DNA of 64,000 bases, from NCBI GenBank assembly GCA_964351315.1, contig CAYGNH010000005.1, forward strand, positions 145,576-209,575, written 5' to 3'. Position numbers and translations under genes: made by a program. Below, piece after piece: positions 1 to 9,829 of this stretch. The notes beneath the pieces were generated by a model. That model was given only the letters and a program-made list of their open reading frames with translations, did not search any database and had not been told where the DNA came from. Position 1 is the stretch's first letter. Each line of letters begins with the position of its first letter. The stretch comes from an uncultured Pseudobdellovibrionaceae bacterium (GTDB taxonomy: Bacteria; Bdellovibrionota; Bdellovibrionia; Bdellovibrionales; JAGQZY01).

Positions 1-557
1 TCTTCTCGTAAAGTCGGATCGTTGGATAACTTTTCGACCAAGATATTTTGCGCCCCACGCATCACCTCATCATAAGTAGCGAACTTTAAGGAAGGGTTAA
101 TAAATTCTTTGGCTTTCACTTCAAGGGTTTTGGAGTCATCACCTTCGCCACGCCCCAAACCCCATATCCACATCGCGTAAGGTTCAATGCCAGCTTCACG
201 GGCCAAAGTGGCTTTGGTTTTCTTTTTCTTTTTGTATGGACGATAAAGCTCTTCAACTTCAGCGAGGTCCCAAGATCCCAGGATTCTTTTTTTCAGATCA
301 TCGGTCAGGTTGCCTTGCTCTTCAATTTCCTTAAGAACAAACTCTTTACGCTTTAAGATCTCTTTAAACTCTTGTTCCGCATCGATCACTTCGCGGATCT
401 GAACTTCGTCTAAGTTGCCGGTTTTTTCTTTTCGATAGCGAGCAATAAAGGGAACAGTGGCCCCTTCACCGGTCAAATCAATAACAGCCTTGGCGGCCTT
501 CCAGTTAATTTTGGGAAGTTTATCGGCGACAAATTTTTCTAAGGTCTTTTGCTGCAT
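1..557 (-). CDS. tex: Tex-like transcription accessory protein, N-terminal part (gene runs off the window start)
   Basis: Own translation of the minus strand from ATG at 557-555: MQQKTLEKFVADKLPKINWKAAKAVIDLTGEGATVPFIARYRKEKTGNLDEVQIREV... It stays open to position 1. TVPFIARYRKE.TG.LDE and the following LTDDL...YRPYK segment match the Tex/YhgF N-terminus. Absent from the ORF track because it is open-ended. Confidence 0.8.
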   Translation of the reverse strand, partial: MQQKTLEKFVADKLPKINWKAAKAVIDLTGEGATVPFIARYRKEKTGNLDEVQIREVIDAEQEFKEILKRKEFVLKEIEEQGNLTDDLKKRILGSWDLAEVEELYRPYKKKKKTKATLAREAGIEPYAMWIWGLGRGEGDDSKTLEVKAKEFINPSLKFATYDEVMRGAQNILVEKLSNDPTLRE

Positions 558-757
558 AGGCCTCGATTCCTAATCGTTTTATAAACGCCGTTTTTACGAA
601 ATTTCTGCTTTGATTTCCAGCGTTTAAAAGGATTTTACGGCAAACATAACGCAAAAAAGGCCAAATCCCTGTCTGACCCCCCTTTGTTTCTTGATGCGTC
701 ATAAAACATTAGGCTTTTTTACTTTCAACCTGCCTCTAAATCCCCTAAAAACAGGCT

Positions 758-1831
758 ATGGAAATGGTTAAAAAAATCACGGCGAAAGAAGTGTTTGAGG
801 CGGCAGGACCACTCTTGACCGATCACCTGGGCAATATGGAAACCCTAGTCGACCATTTTGCCACCCTATCGACGGCAAAGAAAACCAGTCTTGGCTTTTT
901 AAATGATGAGAAATCCTTGCCCAGCTTCGCTGCCAGTGAGATGGCTTGTATTCTTGCCCCCCTAAAGTTGAAATCCAAGATCGAAGAACTGGGTTCTCAA
1001 AAAACTTGGCTGTTTTCTCCCAACGTCGACCTCGCTGCAAGAGAAGTAAAAAAGGCCTTTGTTTTCCCGACCCCCTACCGTTCGGGTTTTGAAGGCGTTC
1101 ATTCTACAGCCGTCGTCCATGAAACAGCCGAAATTTCTATTGGCGTTACCATTGGACCTCACGCCGTCATCAACAAAAATGTCAAAATTGGCGAAGGAAC
1201 TTTTATTGGTGCCAACGCGGTGATTGAAGAAAATGCCGACATCAAAAGTCACGTCACCGTTCACCCCTTAGCCTACATTGGGCACTCGACTGTAATCGGA
1301 CATCACTGTGAGATTATGCCAGGAGCTGCCATTGGCACCGAAGGCTACGGTTATGCCCATGATCACCTCGGGAACCATTACCGCATCCCACACACTGGCC
1401 GAGTGATCTTAGAGGACGACGTCCATATTGGAGTGGGAACTGCCATCGACCGTGGCACTATCGAAGACACCCGAATTGGCCGAGGAACAAAAATCGATAA
1501 CCAAGTGCATTTGGCCCACAACACGGTGGTCGGAAAAAATGGATTGATCACGGCCCAAACTGTTGCCGCAGGATCTTCCACCCTTGGAGACAATTTTATG
1601 TGTGGTGGAAAAACAGCCATCGCTGGACACATCAATGTCACCGACAACGTAAAAGTCGCTGGATACTCTGCCATCGCTAACGATGTGAAAGAGGGTGGAC
1701 AATATGGGGGCTACCCATTGGTTCCCTTGAAACAACACTTAAAGGTCAGAGCGACCTCGGTGCATTTGCCAGAGATGCGCAAACAAATCCATCGAATCTT
1801 GAGAAAAGTTTTCCCAGAAGACTTTAATTAA
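758..1831 (+). CDS. lpxD: UDP-3-O-acylglucosamine N-acyltransferase
   Basis: 357 aa with hexapeptide-repeat (left-handed beta-helix) periodicity. GYGYAHD...[25 protein letters not shown]...[10 protein letters not shown] and the C-terminal helix region align with E. coli LpxD from memory. Confidence 0.9.
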   Translation: MEMVKKITAKEVFEAAGPLLTDHLGNMETLVDHFATLSTAKKTSLGFLNDEKSLPSFAASEMACILAPLKLKSKIEELGSQKTWLFSPNVDLAAREVKKAFVFPTPYRSGFEGVHSTAVVHETAEISIGVTIGPHAVINKNVKIGEGTFIGANAVIEENADIKSHVTVHPLAYIGHSTVIGHHCEIMPGAAIGTEGYGYAHDHLGNHYRIPHTGRVILEDDVHIGVGTAIDRGTIEDTRIGRGTKIDNQVHLAHNTVVGKNGLITAQTVAAGSSTLGDNFMCGGKTAIAGHINVTDNVKVAGYSAIANDVKEGGQYGGYPLVPLKQHLKVRATSVHLPEMRKQIHRILRKVFPEDFN

Positions 1832-1834
1832 CCA

Positions 1835-3337
1835 TTAACGATCTTGTTTTCTACAGATCACTGAATCCAAGTATTGAACGGTCGAACCCGTATTGTAAGT
1901 CACTCCGTTATAGTCCCAACGAAAGTAGCTGACCGAGGATCGAACAGGACATCTGAGATAGCGTCCGTTCTCAGCTTGGTTACAGAGAATAAAAGCACGA
2001 CTGGTGTCCCCCGCTGCTGCGGTCTGAGTTCTAGTCGTCCAAGACACGACATCAAAATGACCCTGAAATTGACAATAGGCCTGAGCGATCTGACTCACTG
2101 GCATTGACCCTTGCAACGAGTGATTCAAGCCAATGCGATATGTGTGGTAAATATAGTTGGGACCGTCGTCATCGCCACCACCGAAGTTCCATTGTCGGTA
2201 TGTCAGAAAAATATTGTTGTGAGGGTAAGCTCGAAAACAACGAAAAGCGAATTGATCATAGACCTCTCCAGGACCACAATCCTCTTCGGTCTGTATACCA
2301 CCGCTGGTGCCACCCGTGCTTCCAGTGCCACCCGTGCCTCCCGTACCACCTGTTCCCCCGACGCCATTGTAGGGATCAATCGCATTGGGGTCTGGATCAC
2401 AAGAGCCATTGTTGAAAATTTCATTCGGTCCACATTCAGTGGGGTCACAATCACGAATTCGACAAGATTGGCGATGTACAGACCCTATAACTTCAACCGC
2501 TGATGAAAGGGAAGGCGTCAGAGTATCAGTGACACAAGTCGCGCCATTGGCCGCTGCACTTGGATTTCTGCAAGCGTCATTGACCGATTCCATGGGACAG
2601 TTGGCTCCGCCGTTTCGCGGGGCTGGATTATTACAAGCCCGATACCTAATTTCAGTGCCATCCCCACAGACTTTTGAACAAGTGGTACCGGTGCGATGGA
2701 TATACCAGTCACTCCAGTCACCCCAGTTGCCATTAACCGCCACTGTTCCAGATTCCATCGTGGTGGCCTGACCACGCCCGTATTTCAATAGATTGCCAGC
2801 AATTTCCAAGGCGTTGCCGGTTGCCAAACGAGTGATACTAAAATCAATCTCTTGGTCCATCGCGATCGGCTCAACAACAAACGAACCTGGACACCTTTCA
2901 GTGCCAGGAGTGCCCGAAAGGTCGAGGCACACGATTTCCCTACGATCATCACTAAGGTAAACCAATTCTTTATCACCACCGTCAGCATCTAAATCGACAA
3001 ATAGCATTTTCGTCAATGGGTCAGGACGTGCCGGTAAAGACAAAATATTAAATTGCTCGGTGAACGATCCGGAACGCACGATGCGAATCATTGTTTGGCT
3101 TCCATTTGTGGATTCAGAAACGAAGGCGGCATCTTCAAATGAATTTTGATCGAAATCGCCAAAAACAACTTTCGAGATTATCTGATAAGAAGAAGGCATG
3201 GTCGTGGACTCGTTGGGCCATGGATAGTTTTCTCCAGAAAGTGAAGAGGCCGTCGCCACGTAGGGACGATCGACAAAACGTCCACAATTGTTAAATAAAA
3301 ACAATAAAGCTATCCCAGAAAGGAATAGGCTCCCCAA
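1835..3337 (-). CDS. secreted/lipoprotein-like adhesin-type protein with FG-GAP/VCBS-like repeats, a thrombospondin type-1 repeat, a Gly/Thr linker and a Cys-rich C-terminal domain
   Basis: 500-aa ORF with a TTG start and a hydrophobic N-terminus with Cys18. TSR motif: WGDWSDW...CSKVCGDGTEIRYRACNNPAPRNGGANC. FG-GAP-like turns: FGDFDQNSFED and FVDLDADGGDKELVYL. Linker: GGTGGTGGTGGTGSTGGTSGG. Confidence 0.8.
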   Translation of the reverse strand: MGSLFLSGIALLFLFNNCGRFVDRPYVATASSLSGENYPWPNESTTMPSSYQIISKVVFGDFDQNSFEDAAFVSESTNGSQTMIRIVRSGSFTEQFNILSLPARPDPLTKMLFVDLDADGGDKELVYLSDDRREIVCLDLSGTPGTERCPGSFVVEPIAMDQEIDFSITRLATGNALEIAGNLLKYGRGQATTMESGTVAVNGNWGDWSDWYIHRTGTTCSKVCGDGTEIRYRACNNPAPRNGGANCPMESVNDACRNPSAAANGATCVTDTLTPSLSSAVEVIGSVHRQSCRIRDCDPTECGPNEIFNNGSCDPDPNAIDPYNGVGGTGGTGGTGGTGSTGGTSGGIQTEEDCGPGEVYDQFAFRCFRAYPHNNIFLTYRQWNFGGGDDDGPNYIYHTYRIGLNHSLQGSMPVSQIAQAYCQFQGHFDVVSWTTRTQTAAAGDTSRAFILCNQAENGRYLRCPVRSSVSYFRWDYNGVTYNTGSTVQYLDSVICRKQDR

Positions 3338-3415
3338 AATCTTATGGCTGATCTGATCCCCCTCAGCACTATTACACCTTGATTTTATTGTAGCTTTTTT
3401 GGAACTTCATGAAAA

Positions 3416-4147
3416 CTAGAGACTCTTGATTTTCTCATTTTGATACACTTTATATTTTTTGGAAAACGGAACCACACCATAATTTTCACCTGAGGAGTCA
3501 ATCGAAATAACCTGAATATTTTGGGTCATTTTTTCAATTTCGGACCTTTTAGCCTGCAGATATTTCCTGCGAACTATTGGGTTCATAGCGTAGGCTCCAG
3601 CAGGCCGAGGAAATATCCACTCCTTGAAACGAGACAATGCAAACACAAAAGCTTGTGAAAGAGGAAGTTTTTGGGCTCGCTCGACGTCGACCACATCGGG
3701 TCTCAAAATACCGATAGAATTTCTGGCCCCCTTGACTTTACCTTCAAGCGAAACAAACCTAACTACTTTTTTTTGCAGTTCTGGGTAATGCAACAAAGCC
3801 TCAAGGCAGTCAGCGGCGGAGCGGTCAAAGCAGACCAAGTGGATTTTAGAATCTGTCTGTCGCAAGAAATGAACGATGTCTCCAGTGCTGTCGGCTGGGG
3901 TTCGATCTAAGTCCGTTAAGATCTTCAGACTTGGAAGTCCTCGCTTTAAACTTTGGAAACTTGCCAGCCCAAGGCTTTCAACTTGAAAAGGAACCACCAG
4001 AAGTGTTCGGGGTGAAGAGGACGAGTTTGACTCCGCTAAAACAGCCAAAGGCAACAGAATCATCGACATCACAATACCCATAAAACCCATGCTAGCTATC
4101 CCTCTATCCTCAAAGGGACCATACCAGACCGACGGGACAAGAATCAC
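3416..4147 (-). CDS. hypothetical exported/membrane-anchored protein (alpha/beta-fold-like, no clear nucleophile motif)
   Basis: 243-aa ORF with a GTG start at 4147. An internal ATG at 4090 is preceded by GAGGGA and starts the hydrophobic segment MGFMGIVMSMILLPLAVLA, so the real start may be 4090. No family motif recognised. Confidence 0.55.
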   Translation of the reverse strand: MILVPSVWYGPFEDRGIASMGFMGIVMSMILLPLAVLAESNSSSSPRTLLVVPFQVESLGLASFQSLKRGLPSLKILTDLDRTPADSTGDIVHFLRQTDSKIHLVCFDRSAADCLEALLHYPELQKKVVRFVSLEGKVKGARNSIGILRPDVVDVERAQKLPLSQAFVFALSRFKEWIFPRPAGAYAMNPIVRRKYLQAKRSEIEKMTQNIQVISIDSSGENYGVVPFSKKYKVYQNEKIKSL

Positions 4148-4213
4148 GATCTCACTTTTGAGAATAAAAAGTTTTCATGACTGTTGAAAAAGTAGTCGGA
4201 GAAAGAAGTCTGA

Positions 4214-6124
4214 TCAAAGCCCAATCACTTGGTGGATTTCGCGGTACCTCTGCCCTTCTTCTTGAACGGTGCGAACCTCTCGGAGAATCAAATTGTGAGA
4301 GGGCGAAAAGAAAATCTCTGATGCTTGAACCCGATCAGCGGAACGAAGGGTGCAGTTGACTTGAAAAACATCGATTTCTTTGATTTTTTGTAAAAGCACA
4401 ACTTCACAGCTTTGCGAAAATTGCTTTTCGGCACCTAAGCCTTCCGTATTGTAAACAAGGTCAAAGCGCTTCCCAACCTGCAGAGGAAGGATATTCTTAT
4501 CCGAACCCACAATGACATTTTTAATGTCAAAGTGCCCCTTTGAAAATTTTCTGAGCGGAGGCAAGAAAGGATTTCGTGTAAATTGAAGAACACTTTCTTT
4601 CTGAGTTTGCCCATCTTTCAATTTTGAAAATATAATATCTCCACTTGAGCTCACTATTTTTAACTCATCAGTCACGTCGAAAAATTTAACCCCAGTGTCT
4701 AGGTTTTCACGAATCCTTTGAATCTTTAAGGTGCTACCCTTTTTAAAAGGTTGCTTCGTTTTGGGGGGAACCGAGGCCACTGACCTATTTATATCTTTTA
4801 AAAAGTTTTGGAAAAACTCTAGCCTTTGCTGCGAGACCCTTGGTAAATTAAATTCAGAATTTTTCCAAATCAAAAAAGAGCAAACACAGAAGAAAGTTAG
4901 AAACGTTAGCTTTGGGTAATGTATCAAAAAGTTTAGCGATTTTTTTAAATCAAACCCAGAACGACGGCGATTGTTTGAAGGCATAACAATCGTATTCCGA
5001 TGACTTTCAAACCTCTGCTTTGCCAATTCGATATTTTGCTTTGAAATCGGACCAGTCTCTTTTAAAAATTGATTTTCACTTCTTGACGACTGTTGTGAGG
5101 CTCCCGACATGATCGCAGCCACTTGCCGCTCCCTTTCTGTCGAGTTGTCCTCTTCCGCCGCCTGCGACAGTTCGATAATTTTCTCGGCCTCGTCAATATC
5201 ATATCCGCCAAGGAGTAAGGCCTCATGAGCGGAATCGACATCAGGGAAGACCACATCTTTATCTAGTTCAACGCTTTTAAAACTGGGTAGGTTTACATTC
5301 CCGAGTTCAGACAACCCCTGTAAAACCTCTTCCGCCGACTGATATCGATCCATCAGATCAAGGGCCGTCATCTTTTCAATCAGCTCGGGCATTCCTTCAG
5401 GAACATGTTCAAGCATGTCTTTTGGAAATCGAATGGCTTCGTTGCAGATTCGATACATACGCGAGGCAGCAGTACTCTCCATAAAGGGATGTCCGCCGAC
5501 GACAAGTTCATAAAAAACAACACCTAAAGAGAAGATATCTGCCGCTGGCGAAGGTGTTTCATATTTAATTACTTCAGGAGCCATATAAGAAATGGTTCCG
5601 AGGATTAGATTTTCTTTTGTGATTCGTTCGCCGTCTTCAGCCAAGTCTTTGCAAATTCCGAAATCAACAATTTTTACATGGTTATCAAAATCAAGAAGTA
5701 AGTTTTCTGGTTTAATATCTCGATGCAAAATTCCTTTCTTGTGAGCCTCTGCGAGACCCATCAGAATTTGTTTGATCACTTCCGAGGCCTGCTCCACACC
5801 AAATGCGTTCGATTCTATGACTTCGGCTACGGTCGAACCTTCAACATACTCCATCGCGATGAAGGCTCCGCCAGCGAATTTGCCAATAGAGTAAATGTTG
5901 ACGATGTTTGGATGATTGAAAGAAGCGAGAACCCTGGCTTCTCTTTCGAAGCGACTAAAAACGACGGGGGATATTTCTTGGTGACCTTGATGCAAAAATT
6001 TTAGGGCCACTTTGCGACCCAGTTGAATATCTTCTGCTAGCAGCACCTGACCCATACCGCCAGAACCTAGATCTTTTAGAATCTTAAAGTTTTCAAATAT
6101 TTCGCCGCTCGCAGGTATTTTCAT
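4214..6124 (-). CDS. Hanks-type Ser/Thr protein kinase with one TM helix and a ~200-aa extracytoplasmic C-terminal domain
   Basis: Kinase motifs: G-loop GSGGMGQV, VALK, HRDIKPENLLL, DFG, SYMAPE. TM segment LTFLTFFCVCSFLIW lies near aa 410. No motif recognised in the C-terminal domain. Confidence 0.9.
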   Translation of the reverse strand: MKIPASGEIFENFKILKDLGSGGMGQVLLAEDIQLGRKVALKFLHQGHQEISPVVFSRFEREARVLASFNHPNIVNIYSIGKFAGGAFIAMEYVEGSTVAEVIESNAFGVEQASEVIKQILMGLAEAHKKGILHRDIKPENLLLDFDNHVKIVDFGICKDLAEDGERITKENLILGTISYMAPEVIKYETPSPAADIFSLGVVFYELVVGGHPFMESTAASRMYRICNEAIRFPKDMLEHVPEGMPELIEKMTALDLMDRYQSAEEVLQGLSELGNVNLPSFKSVELDKDVVFPDVDSAHEALLLGGYDIDEAEKIIELSQAAEEDNSTERERQVAAIMSGASQQSSRSENQFLKETGPISKQNIELAKQRFESHRNTIVMPSNNRRRSGFDLKKSLNFLIHYPKLTFLTFFCVCSFLIWKNSEFNLPRVSQQRLEFFQNFLKDINRSVASVPPKTKQPFKKGSTLKIQRIRENLDTGVKFFDVTDELKIVSSSGDIIFSKLKDGQTQKESVLQFTRNPFLPPLRKFSKGHFDIKNVIVGSDKNILPLQVGKRFDLVYNTEGLGAEKQFSQSCEVVLLQKIKEIDVFQVNCTLRSADRVQASEIFFSPSHNLILREVRTVQEEGQRYREIHQVIGL

Positions 6125-6236
6125 TTTTCTCTAAACCTCTGAATTATTATCGGAAAATCAGAGGCGATCATGTACAGCGGCGACCCAAAACTCGACCAAG
6201 GATCGGCTACCACAGAGCTGTTCTAAATCATCTAAA

Positions 6237-6407
6237 TTATTGAGAATCGGACTCTTCGTCTTGTTGCTTGTGGGATTCCAAGGTCTTACGAGTGTCTTCC
6301 CCAGACATTCCGACCCACTCTGGGAAAAAAAACATTAGAAAAAAATATCCCATCGTTAAAAGAAAAATAAGGCCACCAACGGCCCCTAGGATTCCGTAAG
6401 TCGACAC
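6237..6407 (-). CDS. small single/double-pass membrane protein (56 aa, below the ORF-track cutoff)
   Basis: Own translation: VSTYGILGAVGGLIFLLTMGYFFLMFFFPEWVGMSGEDTRKTLESHKQQDEESDSQ*. The GTG start overlaps the TAG stop of the upstream DUF2156 gene by 1 nt (TAGTG), suggesting translational coupling. Hydrophobic N-terminus, acidic tail. No family recognised. Confidence 0.35.
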   Translation of the reverse strand: MSTYGILGAVGGLIFLLTMGYFFLMFFFPEWVGMSGEDTRKTLESHKQQDEESDSQ

Positions 6408-7423
6408 TATCGCCCCTCTAAGGGACGACCGCTTTGTAGCAATGTCACTTTAGCCATATCAGCCAATCCCCACCATTTGTTTTTCTGACGCTGAAAAAAA
6501 CAATACTCACGTTCTTCAATTCCAGCGAATTTGCGTTTAAAAAAATGCAGCCCCTTTGGTCGATACAAAAATGGAATATGGTAGAGCAACCCGAAAAAAC
6601 GCCCCATAAGGTTCGACTTGTCGACCCGAGCAAAAGGATTCAACCCCAAATTCAATTCACTGACCCCTTCTTCTTTTAGTATTTCAATTAAAAATGAAAC
6701 CAAAAAAGACAAGGCATGGGGTTCTTTTTGCGGATGATAGATCAGGTGGTCCACATAAAAGCCCAATTCACCATCACGCAAATAAGGCAGCAAACTACAA
6801 AACGCCAAGGCTTCTCCATTTTTTTCGACACAAAACCATTCTTCATAACTGTCTATGGGGTTTTTAGGTTGAGGCGCCGATAGGAAAAACTTCAAGTGAA
6901 AAGGCAGTTTGGCTTTTTTCCACTTTGAAAAAAGAAGAGTCAGCTTTTCATTATCTGGCCGCTGCCGTCGATAGATTGGAATGGCTGTGTAATTAAACGA
7001 CTGTCCTTTGCGAAGGGCTCGGCGAACTTCCTTCGAATCGGGCGCTTGAAAGTCAAAATCCAAAAGAGGAATACGAATGCTCGTCCCCAGAGGGATTTTA
7101 AAAAAACGGGACCAATTCCACTTGCGACTGACATAGTAACCACAAATCTTCTTAGCTTTGCGTTGAGCATAATCGGTAAAAGCGACGTACAGCTCATCTC
7201 CGGTGGAGCCGGCAGCCACCAAGGGTTCTCCCGCTACAATCAGATGGTGTCTGGTCTCTTCAAAAGCAATCAACGCATCACCAGCATAGAAGAATTGCTT
7301 TCCTGTTTTCCAATGGGTCATGAAGTAAGGGGGGATATCCAAAAAAATTGAGCGTTGGAACCATAGCAAGGCATCTTCAGAACTGATTTCATGGGGTATT
7401 TGTAGGGAGCGCAGAATGGCCAT
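6407..7423 (-). CDS. DUF2156 / lysyl-phosphatidylglycerol-synthase C-terminal-domain protein (MprF synthase-domain-like, stand-alone)
   Basis: 338 aa. Layout and segments (GEPLVAAG..., FYVDHLIYHP, ELNLGLNPFARV) resemble the cytosolic aminoacyl-PG synthase domain family. No N-terminal flippase TM domain is present. Confidence 0.7.
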   Translation of the reverse strand: MAILRSLQIPHEISSEDALLWFQRSIFLDIPPYFMTHWKTGKQFFYAGDALIAFEETRHHLIVAGEPLVAAGSTGDELYVAFTDYAQRKAKKICGYYVSRKWNWSRFFKIPLGTSIRIPLLDFDFQAPDSKEVRRALRKGQSFNYTAIPIYRRQRPDNEKLTLLFSKWKKAKLPFHLKFFLSAPQPKNPIDSYEEWFCVEKNGEALAFCSLLPYLRDGELGFYVDHLIYHPQKEPHALSFLVSFLIEILKEEGVSELNLGLNPFARVDKSNLMGRFFGLLYHIPFLYRPKGLHFFKRKFAGIEEREYCFFQRQKNKWWGLADMAKVTLLQSGRPLEGR

Positions 7424-7485
7424 AGCAGGGTGTTAGTTCAGCCTAGGGTATGGGTCAAGAGGCCATTTGCTTAAGGAGCTTAGAA

Positions 7486-7524
7486 CCAAAAAAAAGAGGC
7501 CTCACCTGGAGTCCTCTTTTTTAA
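7486..7524 (-). terminator. putative rho-independent terminator downstream of hppA
   Basis: Minus-strand RNA reads AAAAAGAGG-actccaggtgagg-CCTCTTTTTTTT: a short GC stem with A/U extension followed by a U-run, about 25 nt after the hppA stop. The stem is weak. Confidence 0.4.
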
Positions 7525-7547
7525 TCTAGAATAAGACCTTGTCAGGA

Positions 7548-9611
7548 TTACTTCAGAGCAATCACAGAGGCCAACAAAAGAGCCACAATAGACATCAATT
7601 TAATCAAGATGTTCATTGCTGGGCCCGTTGTATCTTTGAACGGATCACCCACAGTATCTCCGACAACGGTGGCGTTGTGAGCGTCAGAACCTTTCTGCTC
7701 GCCAGGAACGTCACCAGTTTCGATGGCTTTCTTAGCATTATCCCAAGCACCACCGGCGTTGGACATCAGAAGGGCCAAAACAACACCCGTCAAGGTGGCT
7801 CCAGCCAACATTCCACCCAGAGCCGCAGGCCCTAAAAGTAGACCAACAATCACGGGGGCAAGAACGGCAGTGAGACCAGGCATAACCATTTCACGAAGGG
7901 CCGCCTTGGTCGAAATTTCTACGCAACGAGCGGTATCGGGTTTGCCAGTTCCTTCAAGAAGACCAGGAATCTCTCTAAACTGACGACGGATTTCCGTTAC
8001 CATGTCAGAGGCGGCTTTACCAACAGAGGTCATAGTCATGGCTCCTGCTGCTAAAGGAACAACAGCTCCAAGGAACAAACCAATCACAACCATAGGGTCA
8101 GTGATGTCCATGGTTAAAGGTCCCATCCCCGCCGCTAATCGGATCGCATCAACAGAAGATCCATAGGCCACAAACAGAGCCAAAGCAGTCAAAGCCGCCG
8201 AACCAATGGCAAAACCTTTACCCATAGCAGCCGTGGTGTTTCCGATCGCATCCAATTCATCGGTGATAGCGCGAACGTCAGGGCCCAATCCCGCCATTTG
8301 CGAGACTCCACCGGCGTTATCGGCCACAGGACCGTAAGCATCAATGGTCATCGTCACACCGACCGTGGCCAGCATTCCAACAGCCGCCAAAGCGATTCCG
8401 TAAAGGCCAGCCGAGGTGTAAGAAGCATAGATACAAGCGCAAAGAATAATCAAGGGAGCCACACAAGACTCAAGACCGACAGCAAAACCAGTAATGATAT
8501 TGGTGGCCGGACCTGTCTTTGAAGCTTCTACGATTCTTTTGATTGGGCCTTTAGCGGTGTAGTACTCAGTCACATAACCGATAGCAAGACCGGCAATGGT
8601 CCCTGCGATAATGGGGTAAAAAGCTGAGAAATGAAAACCAAGAGCACTAATTGACAAAGCAGCCAATCCAAGAAAAAGACCGGCGGCCGTATACTCAGAC
8701 ATGTGCAAGGCTTTTGCTGGAGCCATCGATTTGAAAACGTTCATTCCGATGATTCCAAGGAAAGACGCTCCTAATCCTAAAACCGAAAGCATTAAAGGAA
8801 GACCCATCAACAAAGTTCGTGCAGACTCTCCACCAGAGTGAACTTTATCCAAAGCATCGACGCCCATCGTGGCCGCAATCGCAATCGCCGCAACCATCGC
8901 TCCCACATAAGATTCAAAGATATCAGCGCCCATGCCAGCCACATCACCCACGTTGTCTCCAACGTTATCGGCAATCACACCAGGGTTACGAGGGTCATCT
9001 TCTGGAATTCCTGCTTCGACTTTTCCAACAAGGTCGGAACCAACATCAGCAGCTTTTGTAAAAATCCCTCCACCCACACGAGCAAAGAGAGCAATCGAAG
9101 ACGCGCCCATGGAGAAACCAGAGATCACACCCGTGGTGTCTACATATTGGCCCCAAAGAAGATAGAAAGCGCCAAGTCCAACCAGCCCCAAAGAAGCCAC
9201 CGAAAGACCCATCACTGCTCCACCACGAAAAGCCACAAGAAGAGCCGGTCCGATACCACCTTCATTGGCTGCCGTTGCGGTTCGCACGTTCGAGCGAGTC
9301 GCGGCCTTCATACCCAAATAACCAGCTAGGCCAGAAGCCACTGCTCCGAAGAAGAAAGCCATTGAGGTTTCCCAGCCTTTTACGGGAAAAAGAATCCCAG
9401 CGACGATCACAACAAAGAATGCGAGAATTTTGTACTCGGCACTCATGAAAGTCATAGCTCCTAAGTGAATCTCTTCACCAATTGCTGTCATTTTTGCATC
9501 ACCAGTGGAAAGGCGCATAATTCCCAAGTAAAGGAACAAGGCAAATGCCAATCCAAGACCACCTGCAACCGGCGCTACATAGCCGATGGAGCCCATCATC
9601 TGAACCATCAC
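7548..9611 (-). CDS. hppA: membrane-bound proton/sodium-translocating pyrophosphatase
   Basis: 687 aa, polytopic. Signature segments [21 protein letters not shown] and [23 protein letters not shown]. Confidence 0.95.
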   Translation of the reverse strand: MMVQMMGSIGYVAPVAGGLGLAFALFLYLGIMRLSTGDAKMTAIGEEIHLGAMTFMSAEYKILAFFVVIVAGILFPVKGWETSMAFFFGAVASGLAGYLGMKAATRSNVRTATAANEGGIGPALLVAFRGGAVMGLSVASLGLVGLGAFYLLWGQYVDTTGVISGFSMGASSIALFARVGGGIFTKAADVGSDLVGKVEAGIPEDDPRNPGVIADNVGDNVGDVAGMGADIFESYVGAMVAAIAIAATMGVDALDKVHSGGESARTLLMGLPLMLSVLGLGASFLGIIGMNVFKSMAPAKALHMSEYTAAGLFLGLAALSISALGFHFSAFYPIIAGTIAGLAIGYVTEYYTAKGPIKRIVEASKTGPATNIITGFAVGLESCVAPLIILCACIYASYTSAGLYGIALAAVGMLATVGVTMTIDAYGPVADNAGGVSQMAGLGPDVRAITDELDAIGNTTAAMGKGFAIGSAALTALALFVAYGSSVDAIRLAAGMGPLTMDITDPMVVIGLFLGAVVPLAAGAMTMTSVGKAASDMVTEIRRQFREIPGLLEGTGKPDTARCVEISTKAALREMVMPGLTAVLAPVIVGLLLGPAALGGMLAGATLTGVVLALLMSNAGGAWDNAKKAIETGDVPGEQKGSDAHNATVVGDTVGDPFKDTTGPAMNILIKLMSIVALLLASVIALK

Positions 9612-9829
9612 GAAATCTCCTTATCAATAGAGTTGTATTGTGTTTTTAAGGGTTCATGTGTCGCTGGGTTTGACGCGATTGTCAACGAGGAACTCGGTTT
9701 TAAAGGTCTCACCAATGGACTTAAATGCAAGGCGGCAAACACCTCTTCAATGCTCGGTTGCCAAGCTTCGAGAATCGCACTAGGTTGTGAAATAATTGCC
9801 AATCTTATCAGCACGTTGAGGAGCCTTCC

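Noticed and set aside
2297-2365. A 9-nt periodic repeat at the DNA level encodes (GGT)n. I considered it as a tandem repeat or phase-variable simple sequence repeat.
   Set aside because: The repeat units use varied codons and are not identical at the nucleotide level. It is a protein linker rather than a slippage-prone SSR.
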